Source: a plasmid. From it: a stretch of 64,000 nucleotides of DNA. Shown in pieces: positions 58,401-64,000 of the stretch (the stretch's first letter is position 1; each line of letters opens with the position of its first letter). The position numbers were made by a program, and so were the translations under genes. Location of the stretch: the sequence record NZ_CP096760.1; one strand, 5' to 3'. Under the pieces are notes generated by a model. That model did not search any database. It was not told the DNA's origin and saw only the letters and a program-made list of their open reading frames with translations.

Positions 58401-60652
58401 CGGAGGGGAATATCACAAGCCAAGGTAATTCAATTACCTCATTGACTAATTCCCTAGCGGTTAGTGGAAAGGCGGGCACAAACCTTCTCATCAAATCCAA
58501 TGTAGTTGGCACTTATGATGGTGTCTCATACCCACACCATACATACAAACTCGGTGAAGATTGGGAAGTTGGGGCTACATATACTTTAATTTGGTGTGCT
58601 GAACATAAACGAGGGACTGGCGATACAAACTCATCACTTGCTGTATACGCAGGTGGTGGCTCACAACATCTGCAAGCCGTAGTAAATACGAATGGTAAGG
58701 TTGTCAGCAAAGTTACCTTTGTTAAAAACAGCGCAGTTGCCTCTGGCCCAATTATCCACTTCTACATGCTCAACCGTCCGACAGCCGACAAGGGTAGCGT
58801 TGGTACGGTTTATTGGGCGGTGCTTGTAAAAGGCGATGTACTCACGACTGATGCTTGGATTCCAAGCCCATATGATTATATCCCTGATAGCAATGCAAAT
58901 GCCGCTGCTATCGCAAATCTTACTAATACAGTAAGTCAGCAAGGCAATACTATTACATCAAATAGCAGCAGCATTACCTCGCTCACTAATCAAATCGGTA
59001 ACACGAAGTCATATTCGCTGGTGACTTTCCGTAACGGCTCTGCCGTTGGCATGCCAAAGGCGGCTGGCGTCTACACTGGAAACAATACGCGATTATATGG
59101 ATTTGGGCGCGGTTTAAATCTCATTGTGTTTAAAAATGGGGATGTTGAAAGCTGTACGCAATATGACACCTATGTCGACATCGTATCTGCATGTAACGCC
59201 ATCTATGCCGCTATCAAGGCGCTTGCATCGGGAACTTACTTTGCAATCGTGGGTACAGATAACATTGGCTCAGTTGGAAATTCAAACCCAAATACTGATT
59301 TACGTGCGCTTTTACTTGCTTCTGGTGCTGGCGACACATATTTCAGATCTTGGAACTGGAATGCTCTTCCTATTTTTGTAGGACGCAAAGACCTAGATGC
59401 AGGCAATGGTATTCTCGGTATGTTTGATTCGACTGTTCCTAATCAGTGGATTGAATACCCGCTTAGTTTTGTGAATGGTGTACCTGTAGGTTTAGGTGAC
59501 TCCCGAACTTTAACCACTCAACTGGATGCAAATGCTTCTGCCATTTCGTCATTGTCGAACACAGTGACTCAACAAGGTAAGGATATTGCTTCACATAGCA
59601 GTAGTATTACCTCGCTAAACAATAGCATCACCAATATTAACGGCACGTTAGCAACAAAAGCAGATAGTTCGGCTCTAACAAACCTCGCCAACCGCGTAAC
59701 TACAACCGAAGGTGCAATTACCTCTCAAGGCTCAAGTATTACTTCGCTGAATGCATCTGTGAATGGCTTATTAAAGGATGTTGCAGTATCCGATACTCGA
59801 TCTACTAATCAGCCTCCATCGTGGTATTGGTCAAACTATCCATTGCGTATCGTTCGCGAGTTCAAGCAAGCCTCTGTGCTAGGTTTGACTGGCATGGGTA
59901 CATATGTCTCCCTTGAAACATACGTTTATTGGATTGACCCATCTGGTGGCCCAATCATTCAAATTGCACGAGGTTCTTCTTCGGCTTTTACTGCTGAACG
60001 AAGAAGTGCTGATTACAACTCGTGGTTCGCATGGTCTCAGGACATTAAAGCATTGAGTGATGGCTTATCGAATAAAGCTGAGGCCTCAGCGCTATCTTCA
60101 CTTGATGCCAAGGTATCAACGATTGATGGAAAAGTCTCAACTCAGGCGACAAGTATTACCAATCTGCAAACAACTGTGGGTGGACATACGGCGTCAATTC
60201 AATCGCAGCAACAATCAATTGATGGATTGAAATCAAGAGCAACTTTGAAGTTGCAATCCGGCAATTTAATTGGCGGTGTTGGGATTGAGAACGATAGCAA
60301 AACCGTTGATTTCATTATTCAGGCTAACAAGTTCGCCATCGCTCCACCATCTAATGCCGCAGCGGGTTCTGTAGCGCCTAAATACGCATTTGTTTATCAA
60401 CCGACAGCCACAACGTTGCCAAATGGAACAGTCGTACCTGCCGGACTGTATTTGGACAATGCGTCAATCGGCTATATCAACGCGGAAAAAATCAATGCCT
60501 CAAGTTTAAGTGCAATTAGCGCAAATCTTGGAACTTTAACCACACTTAAGGATCCAACGAAGCCTAATGGAGCGCGAATGGTTATTACAGGTAGTTTGAC
60601 TACCGTTTATGACGATAACAACGTGGCACGTATTAGATTAGGGATTTGGTAA
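49469..60652 (+). CDS. giant host-specificity / central tail fibre protein (gpJ-like N-terminal third plus long fibre extension), 3727 aa
   Basis: gpJ-like N-terminus and Fn3 region, Ala/Thr/Gln-rich tract (52110-52450), at least 10 serial coiled-coil repeat units and at least 4 CBM-like beta modules. Confidence 0.85.
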   Translation: MNAKIKKFGFPLPIAGASGGSKSPSVPREDPDNLQSSAYVNIIDLIGEGQIGGLVDNVDGDSLTEKEKSIFFDGTRLRHTNGELNFANVSWAERVGLQRQDYIEGFGEGVETPFYKNVQLKSGIPSAFTVSNPNADRVRIILAVNSLLSTDRSSGDTYGTSVEFQIKLSVNNGPYEILATKKITGKTTSRYQRSFSFDLPKKKADGTPITAWSFQITRTTPDSNSSYLQNTTFFESYSEVELTKFSYPNVALVATRFSSETFSSIPKREYLVDGLLIKVPSNRNKDGSYTGPWDGTFKLESSSNPAWILYDLLLSKRYGLGEYITPEMIDESRLYVIGQYCDQLVDDGFGNKEPRYTINCVINTRVEAYDLIVDICSAFNGMAYWAGHMVGFTIDAPGTPQMLFNNTNIVGDFSYQGTSNKDRHSVAVVTWNDPNDDYKQVPEVVEDPELIERYGIRKTEVMAFGCTSRGQAARYGRWLLYSEHQQSETITFNVGIDAALLLPGDLIYVQDRDRAGKRFGGRLLDCTAKQAVLDDLVDFGEFTDLTLVIRLEDGSLAERVIASHTKKTVTVSGHTKEVTVVEWAEALTVMPVKYALWIIKAAELQPVIARVVNVAQGEEKGTYNITAVPHNPNKYQSIENDLMLDVPPTSILNSRNQEPPASVEIKSEIITTQNVAKTRLVISWKEAKNAARYEVEWKRNDGNWVKLPQTTSLSIEVEDVYAGAYTARVVAYNLFGARSYPKYSTSTDVKGKVGKPTNVLSLTTTPLLFGMKLDWVYPAGNSDLSHVVIEVSDRADGSNPRLLGNVSYPTNTLTIQGLQGGLDQWYRTKTVDKSGNESDWSNFVKGTTGNDPDQVLDLISGQIGESDLATELQGKIENSVTVSEAAKIVADNAQTAATNAQTAATDAKTAASEAQKAASSAQTQASSAQQIASEASATAANAKNAADQAVTAANQAKTAADNAATTAATASSTASKAQTTANDAAAAASKVASDLTTSTNQLNKKIADETDARTVAISKLNDGLTIETSQRKTEDAALLSNIETYKSSTNGTLSSLQTQINTNATNTSANTSKISSLDSRLTTNEGKTADAINAAATAQQTASSAVDKANAVANSVTALKSELSSGKGINNIVAPFSDPQELPALGGASRTVALVDSALRRNGKAYKVSFTAAAHYVYFGTAQAALAPSQMAMQVEAGRAYTFSVWLKALSTAVPSFRFNILWFIRDPSTGNITTNAGIIFPQGQTDSYIAPNANGQRYSFRPVNSPANAIGATVYVVGNPSGPSAGEYLIDMLMLEESVGSEKPASTWTAGPADLNAIKNALDTNAVAINNLITRVSNNEGKITSQGNLITQLNNSINTINGTLSNKADATALNALTTRVSNAEGQISSQGSSIVSLQNDLASTNKAVSTKADSSALNSLDSKVSEIDGRVTSNANAVTSLQGSVSSIEKGLSTKADASALNNYYTKTEADSAASGAIDKFNSQLTIGGVNVVANSEAPRTSTAATNREYLLYERSAELKAFYDENLEKPITISFEMSVPVAGPVQVYSSNGSAHQFVTSVNAIIVNQFAKYSVTVSPKAHTASTTVSTIEFYGTYGTGRIPTIRKLQIEAGTKATAWSPSPRDTKAAIDANASAIQTTQTKVDNIDGRLTTATDSITSLNSRMSTAEGNINSTNTAVGGLSTRMATAEGKITNQSDSIASLQNSVTSINGTLANKADSSAVNNLTSRVETAEGKISSQSGQITSLSNSLDLTNSNLNDVNVLARLLSLGKPLRDDPTFKTTSAGGLSAYSFPAGTSWVKQTKSTDNPTGSTHEMLIKATQALGGGWYPTAPTLVLTANKTFLIKQIIKMPVGTKLQAIGNATGTGGYIRILGNDLGTGKFETYYSVVQGGADLSGSTIQGHFRVIAGTNPPVPTVDNPVFVILASYEVFDVTAVNDTIPKAYSDAIAANANAINTLSNTVSQQGNTITSHSNSITQLNNSISSINGALSSKADASALQSLDSKVTLIDGKVTSNSSALTALQSSFEGIPNQGVNLLGPEISNPIEKPNWISGLPFEVIQSPDTVNVRAFQFTMPANTTSGTYFNIGGGQVPRQWLTEGTYIFSFVAKTVGGTPPHAIEWQLYNVDSTRLRFNITATLTRYSGVFTVPAGGAAACMLLIGNPTGKPAGQVINIERMMLERQVGNNTTPSAWIAGSDPTGMILSTQAKATDLFNTATSQNAATAGRVTSLESRMTTTEGNLNKKADASALQNLDTKVTNVDGKVTSNTNAITALSSTLSNATSSISMNAGNAQGDWTFFNTSGEYSIVAQADGQAGRVIQLGNNAGNDIVWMHPNNFIPFDATKTYRLRARYRRRAGTGTIYLGVSQKTPDKALYVTTANALSGDMGSSNYVVNAHAPAIDEWQEIVAYIKGRSAGAASGSGSKTSPRTVSQQAGFITPMFIANYSAQTGIVELDYLILEDAEAIVGNDANASAISALDTKVSEVDGRLTTATNSITSLNSRMSAAEGNISAANSALSGLSTRMTAAENGLTNQSNAITNLSNSLTVTTNTANAALPKIQGGTGAAKLFRGVLVWQQNGANLTGNIVIQTPITFTNKMFRLSLTGYNYLAAKNEINLNIGGYAYSGTSLLQHGVVNSGTMPIRVRMGVRNGTVVVILTSQAPGAYWQYPKFNIDAEIGYTTPPDSWADGWSASFMAEADLASNGISAIIEPSLLDISTTLNATASAISNLTNTVSQQGDTITSHSNSITTLTNKITNNDLSNLVLNPDFVDPKSDWTSGVIVDATDAAPNPPSAKALRLNNRDSYYGPFVKCNVGDMFYVSAWFATPNTSATASAVLGFNTRNSAGTYTWYSVAIKSTDKNAWGMVEGYFTVPNGMVDIRPWLQVSIAASEAAGQQWHVTNIQVRNITGNKKLATDLQATSSAVTDLTSKVTNIDGRLTSASNNIVTLNNSVTNINATLAQKADATALNSLSNRVTTAEGNITSQGNSITSLTNSLAVSGKAGTNLLIKSNVVGTYDGVSYPHHTYKLGEDWEVGATYTLIWCAEHKRGTGDTNSSLAVYAGGGSQHLQAVVNTNGKVVSKVTFVKNSAVASGPIIHFYMLNRPTADKGSVGTVYWAVLVKGDVLTTDAWIPSPYDYIPDSNANAAAIANLTNTVSQQGNTITSNSSSITSLTNQIGNTKSYSLVTFRNGSAVGMPKAAGVYTGNNTRLYGFGRGLNLIVFKNGDVESCTQYDTYVDIVSACNAIYAAIKALASGTYFAIVGTDNIGSVGNSNPNTDLRALLLASGAGDTYFRSWNWNALPIFVGRKDLDAGNGILGMFDSTVPNQWIEYPLSFVNGVPVGLGDSRTLTTQLDANASAISSLSNTVTQQGKDIASHSSSITSLNNSITNINGTLATKADSSALTNLANRVTTTEGAITSQGSSITSLNASVNGLLKDVAVSDTRSTNQPPSWYWSNYPLRIVREFKQASVLGLTGMGTYVSLETYVYWIDPSGGPIIQIARGSSSAFTAERRSADYNSWFAWSQDIKALSDGLSNKAEASALSSLDAKVSTIDGKVSTQATSITNLQTTVGGHTASIQSQQQSIDGLKSRATLKLQSGNLIGGVGIENDSKTVDFIIQANKFAIAPPSNAAAGSVAPKYAFVYQPTATTLPNGTVVPAGLYLDNASIGYINAEKINASSLSAISANLGTLTTLKDPTKPNGARMVITGSLTTVYDDNNVARIRLGIW

Positions 60653-60967
60653 ATGGCAAACGCTAGACTTGAAATAAGGTATCCAGATAACTCAATCGCT
60701 TATGATTCGACAACGGATCATGTAATTACTTTTGTCACTACTGTAACGATTCAACAAAGTTCTTACAGCAAGCAAAACATTGCAGGAATTAATGATGGAC
60801 CTAGGTGGGCTGTTCCAACTGACGCCATCTACACCAATGGTAGATACATAATCTTTAATGTAGAAATCACCTTTGGAAAAACTACTGGTGGAGCACCTGT
60901 AATTTATGCAAAGCATGATTGGGGCCTACCTCCAGAAACAAACACATTTAAAATATTTCATCACTAG
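60653..60967 (+). CDS. hypothetical protein (beta-rich; possibly fibre-associated)
   Basis: 104-aa ORF right after J. Confidence 0.5.
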   Translation: MANARLEIRYPDNSIAYDSTTDHVITFVTTVTIQQSSYSKQNIAGINDGPRWAVPTDAIYTNGRYIIFNVEITFGKTTGGAPVIYAKHDWGLPPETNTFKIFHH

Positions 60968-60980
60968 GAGCTACGCAGTT

Positions 60981-61715
60981 ATGCCCATAGGTATTGAAAT
61001 TAAAGACGATACTGGTGAAGTTGTTCTCAACAGTGAAAGCAAAGTCTTAGTAAAAGCTGGTGAAATCGTATGGACTGCACAAGATATGACCAGTTCTAAT
61101 TGGGCAACAGGTGCTCGTAACCCTGTTACTGGAAAATACGAAACGCTGTTCGTAGCGCCATATAAACTAGCAAGGGATGATCAAATAAACTGGTGGCATG
61201 CTGACGATGCTGTAATTTTTAACCCGCAAACATTCACAGGTAGAGATTCTCAATACCAACCAGGTTTATATCAAGGCATTCATCAGGGACGGCAGACTAT
61301 ATACTGCCGTCAGTATACAGAAGCCTTAGCTATAAGCTCATCTTCATCCGCATATTTAGAAGTACGAAATGCTAACAATGAAATTGTATGGGATTTGCAG
61401 ACCTTCATGAATTCTCCAAGAATTCTTAAAATTGGAACATTTGAAGAAATGGTTGGAATTGATGAATGGAAAGCAAACGTTATACCTAACGGTGTTCCGG
61501 GCAAGATGTGGATATGGGTTGATGGTATAAATTTCTTCTGGTTCAACGGCGAAGGGGGTGATTTGTACCCACTTCCTCCTACACAAAATTTCTTACTAGC
61601 TTGTTTTAAAGATACAACTCTCTATTTGCAACTGAGATTAAGTGAACCTGCTATCGGTGATACAGATACCAGATCTTGGGTAACAACTATTTATGTAGGT
61701 TATATGCCAACTTAA
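60981..61715 (+). CDS. hypothetical protein (beta-rich; possibly paralogous to the previous ORF)
   Basis: Start at MPIGIEIKDD with AGGAG RBS. Confidence 0.55.
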   Translation: MPIGIEIKDDTGEVVLNSESKVLVKAGEIVWTAQDMTSSNWATGARNPVTGKYETLFVAPYKLARDDQINWWHADDAVIFNPQTFTGRDSQYQPGLYQGIHQGRQTIYCRQYTEALAISSSSSAYLEVRNANNEIVWDLQTFMNSPRILKIGTFEEMVGIDEWKANVIPNGVPGKMWIWVDGINFFWFNGEGGDLYPLPPTQNFLLACFKDTTLYLQLRLSEPAIGDTDTRSWVTTIYVGYMPT

Positions 61716-61724
61716 GGAGTCGTT

Positions 61725-61976
61725 ATGTATTTATTAATACTTACTTTGATTTTGAATGGGGCTGAAGTTAATAGCGTAATTGCTGGGGAATTTAAAACAG
61801 AAAGTGCCTGTTCCGCTGAAAGGGCCGAAATAGCTGTCGAAATGGCAAGTAATGAAGCGCATATGGAAAAGCTAAAGGGTTATGACAAAGTAATCATGAA
61901 ATGTGTAAAGCAAGAAGTTAAATTGAACCGACCCGAAATGCCGAAAATTTTATGGAATGGTAAAGAAATTAGCTGA
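61725..61976 (+). CDS. small secreted protein
   Basis: N-terminal signal-like segment MYLLILTLILNGAEVNSVIAG. Confidence 0.45.
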   Translation: MYLLILTLILNGAEVNSVIAGEFKTESACSAERAEIAVEMASNEAHMEKLKGYDKVIMKCVKQEVKLNRPEMPKILWNGKEIS

Positions 61977-62065
61977 CAAACCAGAAGTTTGTACCAGTAA
62001 GGACCTTTGCTAAAGTGCCGTTATTCTAGTCTGCTCTGTTATGATTTACTTTGTATTTAAGTAAT

Positions 62066-62095
62066 AAAAAAGGCTTCTCAAGAAAGCCTTTTTAA
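62066..62095. terminator. bidirectional rho-independent terminator
   Basis: AAAAAGGCTTCT-caag-AGAAAGCCTTTTT between convergent genes. Confidence 0.75.
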
Positions 62096-62108
62096 TGAAG
62101 TCGAATGG

Positions 62109-62312
62109 TTACGCAGTACCGCCATTTTCTTCAGTAGTAGTGGTTTCATCTGCATAGACCAGTCCGACCAAAGCTAGACCAGGAGTCTTCCGATCGTAAA
62201 TCAAGGTCAAGTTTTCAACCGGCTTTCCATTTTGGCCTTCGAGCAAGTTGACTTGCCCTAAAAGAACGTTCAAAAGGTTAGCTTCATCTTTCGTGATCTG
62301 CTTTAATGCCAT
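62109..62312 (-). CDS. hypothetical small protein (moron, antisense to the late operon)
   Basis: 67 aa from the Met with an AGGA RBS. Confidence 0.45.
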   Translation of the reverse strand: MALKQITKDEANLLNVLLGQVNLLEGQNGKPVENLTLIYDRKTPGLALVGLVYADETTTTEENGGTA

Positions 62313-62359
62313 AGTAAACATCCTAAAAATTAAACAACGATAATTTTTACACACTCATA

Positions 62360-62385
62360 AATTATTAGTAAGTGCTTATTTATAA
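62360..62385. repeat. prophage palindromic motif copy
   Basis: AATTATTAGTAAGTGCTTATTTATA before the holin. Confidence 0.7.
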
Positions 62386-62435
62386 AATATAGTAAAAATG
62401 TTATATTTTCTCAACTAATCTAAGGCGAGAAAATC

Positions 62436-62828
62436 ATGACCGAACCAGTATCAACTACTATCGGTGGATTCGCTGCTTGGAAGGCATTTGGCATGACTAT
62501 CGTAGTCGCAATCTGTGTGATGGCAGTTGCGGCTGTAGTGCTCATGATGCGGATGCCGAGATCTCCGAGAGAGTGGGGAGTTGGCTTGATTACCACAGTA
62601 ATTTCAAGCTTGGCTGGCGGCTCTTTCATCATCATCAAATTTAACCTTCACGCTTGGGCAACAGACGTATGGGGAATGATCGCTCTTGGCGGTTTCTTCT
62701 TCACATGTGGCTTGCCGGGGTGGGCTATTGTCCGTTGGATTTTCAACTATATCGAAAAGAAGGAGGGTTCCGACATTTTCGAAGTTGCAACTGATATTAA
62801 AAACGACCTGAAGGAGTTTAAAGATTAA
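62436..62828 (+). CDS. holin (3 TM helices)
   Basis: Three hydrophobic helices, charged C-terminus, directly precedes the endolysin. Confidence 0.7.
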   Translation: MTEPVSTTIGGFAAWKAFGMTIVVAICVMAVAAVVLMMRMPRSPREWGVGLITTVISSLAGGSFIIIKFNLHAWATDVWGMIALGGFFFTCGLPGWAIVRWIFNYIEKKEGSDIFEVATDIKNDLKEFKD

Positions 62829-63466
62829 TGAGTAGCATGGTATCCACGCTTGCATCAGTGCAAATGGCCCAGATTGCACAAACTTATTCTTGGCTTCGGG
62901 CGATGTCAGGAGGAAAGTTAACGCAAGAACAAGTAACCGCTGGTGATGAGATCATTGAAAAAGCGGGTTTAGAAACTTTTGCCAAACTCATTGGTTACAA
63001 ACTTGAATCTGGCGTTACAGGGCAATGGGATATTTCCGAAAAAGGATATGAACTTATTCGTGGATTTGAAGGTTTCAGGAATACGGCATATCTGGATACA
63101 GGCAGTGTACCGACTATCGGGTTCGGAACAATCAAATATCCAAATGGCAAGGCTGTCAGAATGGGTGATACCTGCACACGCGCTCAAGCAGAAGAATGGC
63201 TCAAAAACGATTGTAAGTGGGTTGATGCATGTCTTGATAAGTGTGTGAAAGTGAAGGTGTCGCAAAATCAATTCGATGCACTGGCTTCTTTTGTTTACAA
63301 CGTAGGTGAGACAGCTTTCGTTAAAAGCACAATGCTGGTTTTACTCAACCAAGGCAATTTTACTGGAGCTGCAAATCAGTTTGATCGTTGGGTTTTTGAC
63401 AACGGTAAACGGATTCCTGGTTTGGTTAATCGCCGTTCTGCTGAAAAGAAATTATTTTTAGCATGA
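62828..63466 (+). CDS. endolysin, GH24 lysozyme (T4-lysozyme-like) with an about 70-aa N-terminal extension
   Basis: YELIRGFEGFRNTAYLDTGSVPTIGFGT catalytic region. Confidence 0.85.
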   Translation: MSSMVSTLASVQMAQIAQTYSWLRAMSGGKLTQEQVTAGDEIIEKAGLETFAKLIGYKLESGVTGQWDISEKGYELIRGFEGFRNTAYLDTGSVPTIGFGTIKYPNGKAVRMGDTCTRAQAEEWLKNDCKWVDACLDKCVKVKVSQNQFDALASFVYNVGETAFVKSTMLVLLNQGNFTGAANQFDRWVFDNGKRIPGLVNRRSAEKKLFLA

Positions 63467-63579
63467 AACTTTTAACCCTATTCATGCTGTGCATCCTGAT
63501 TTCAGGATGTACAGCTTCTACTATTCAAAACAATATCCATGTCACTGTTTGTTTACAGTGTGCGCCTATGAGTCGTTAA
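63463..63579 (+). CDS. small lipoprotein, candidate outer-membrane spanin (38 aa; below ORF-track cutoff)
   Basis: MKLLTLFMLCILISGC lipobox; start overlaps the endolysin stop (ATGA). Confidence 0.45.
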   Translation: MKLLTLFMLCILISGCTASTIQNNIHVTVCLQCAPMSR

Positions 63580-63769
63580 TAATGGCTTCTTTTTTTCTTT
63601 CGTTTGTTACATTCCTGATGTTATTCACAACATGCATCATCCTTGTTTTCTCTTATTTCCAAAACAGACATTAATTTGAATTTAAAACTTAAACATGTTT
63701 CGCTTCTTTCTGTGAACTCTTTTTTTTAAAAACGCTCTATGCTTTGAATTACAAGTGTTCTGATAATAA

Positions 63770-63989
63770 CGGTACAAAAATTCCGTTGTGGATAACTTAA
63801 AACCTATTTGAATTTAAAATCTTTTCTTTTTTTCTTTTAGAGGGCCTGAAACGATTGCTAATAAATGCTTTGAAAGCCTATTAAGGTACAAAAACTCCGT
63901 TTCAGCGGTACAAATACTCCGTTTTAACGGTACAAAAAGTTTTAATTACGGTACAAATATTCCTTTTTAACGGTACAAAAATTCTGGCC
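63770..63989 (+). repeat. six direct repeats CGGTACAAA(A/T)A(T/C)TCC(G)TTTT, five of them tandem at 21-22-bp spacing
   Basis: Copies at 63770, 63884, 63906, 63928, 63949 and 63971. Confidence 0.8.
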
Positions 63990-64000
63990 TTTAATTTCAA

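Larger units (their letters stand above)
15228..64000 (+). mobile_element. prophage / phage-derived element (lambda-like siphovirus), right end beyond the window
   Basis: Contiguous phage early, structural and lysis modules directly after the tRNA. Confidence 0.8.

Noticed and set aside
31821-60916. Numerous short ORFs inside TerL, portal, scaffold, tape measure and the giant J gene (for example 31821-32021, 32059-32523, 32376-32765, 34499-34687, 35005-35287, 42042-42323, 43061-43558, 44597-45219, 45773-46042, 46619-46861, 49992-50987, 51999-52319, 53293-53487, 54240-54924, 55891-56840, 57873-58942, 59124-59381, 60692-60916)
   Set aside because: All lie within long, motif-supported structural genes on the other frame or strand. 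These are typical shadow ORFs.
62420-63248. Antisense or embedded ORFs over the holin and endolysin (62420-62638, 62604-62879, 62969-63271, 62979-63248, 62995-63177)
   Set aside because: The holin has 3 clear TM helices and the endolysin has the GH24 catalytic motif. The alternatives lack support.
63770-63990. CRISPR array interpretation of the CGGTACAAA repeats
   Set aside because: The 21-22-bp period leaves no room for spacers, the repeats are AT-rich and degenerate, and no cas genes are present. They look like protein-binding direct repeats.

Overview
AT-rich, Acinetobacter-like chromosomal segment in two parts. (1) nt 1-15100: an aldehyde/electrophile-detoxification island broken up by insertion sequences. 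It carries a TetR regulator, an OYE-family ene-reductase, a DJ-1/PfpI protein, a YqhD-like Fe-alcohol dehydrogenase, an ABM monooxygenase, the formaldehyde operon frmR-frmA-fghA on the minus strand, and a glutathione-independent formaldehyde-dehydrogenase-like Zn-ADH. The IS content is two inverted, diverged copies of an IS5-family (IS903-group-like) element, one frameshifted and neither with target-site duplications; one intact IS3-family element with an A_AAA_AAG frameshift site; and one short IS3 transposase remnant. (2) A tRNA-Asn(GUU) at 15142-15217 is followed by about 49 kb of a lambda-like siphovirus prophage that runs past the window end. The early region has small hypothetical genes, an operon of small membrane proteins plus an HTH protein, a 1.2-kb iteron-rich non-coding region, an SF2 helicase, two ParB/Srx-domain proteins, a stand-alone ABC ATPase, a thioredoxin-fold protein and an HExxH protein. 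The late region reads TerS-TerL-portal-scaffold-capsid, head-tail genes, tail tube, G/GT chaperones with a canonical -1 slippery site, a 1862-aa tape measure, gpM/L/K/I homologues, a giant 3727-aa gpJ-like fibre, then holin, GH24 endolysin and a small lipoprotein. No integrase or CI-like repressor is identifiable in the window. The features I could not explain are: a perfect palindrome (ATTAGTAAGCGCTTACTAAT) repeated at least 11 times in prophage intergenic regions; iteron-like TGTAGAAAT/TAGATAGA repeats on both sides of the tRNA and inside the large non-coding region; six CGGTACAAA direct repeats phased at 21-22 bp at the right end; TTGCACTAA operator-like repeats; a G-tract-rich candidate ncRNA locus; and the multi-module CBM-like architecture of the giant fibre.
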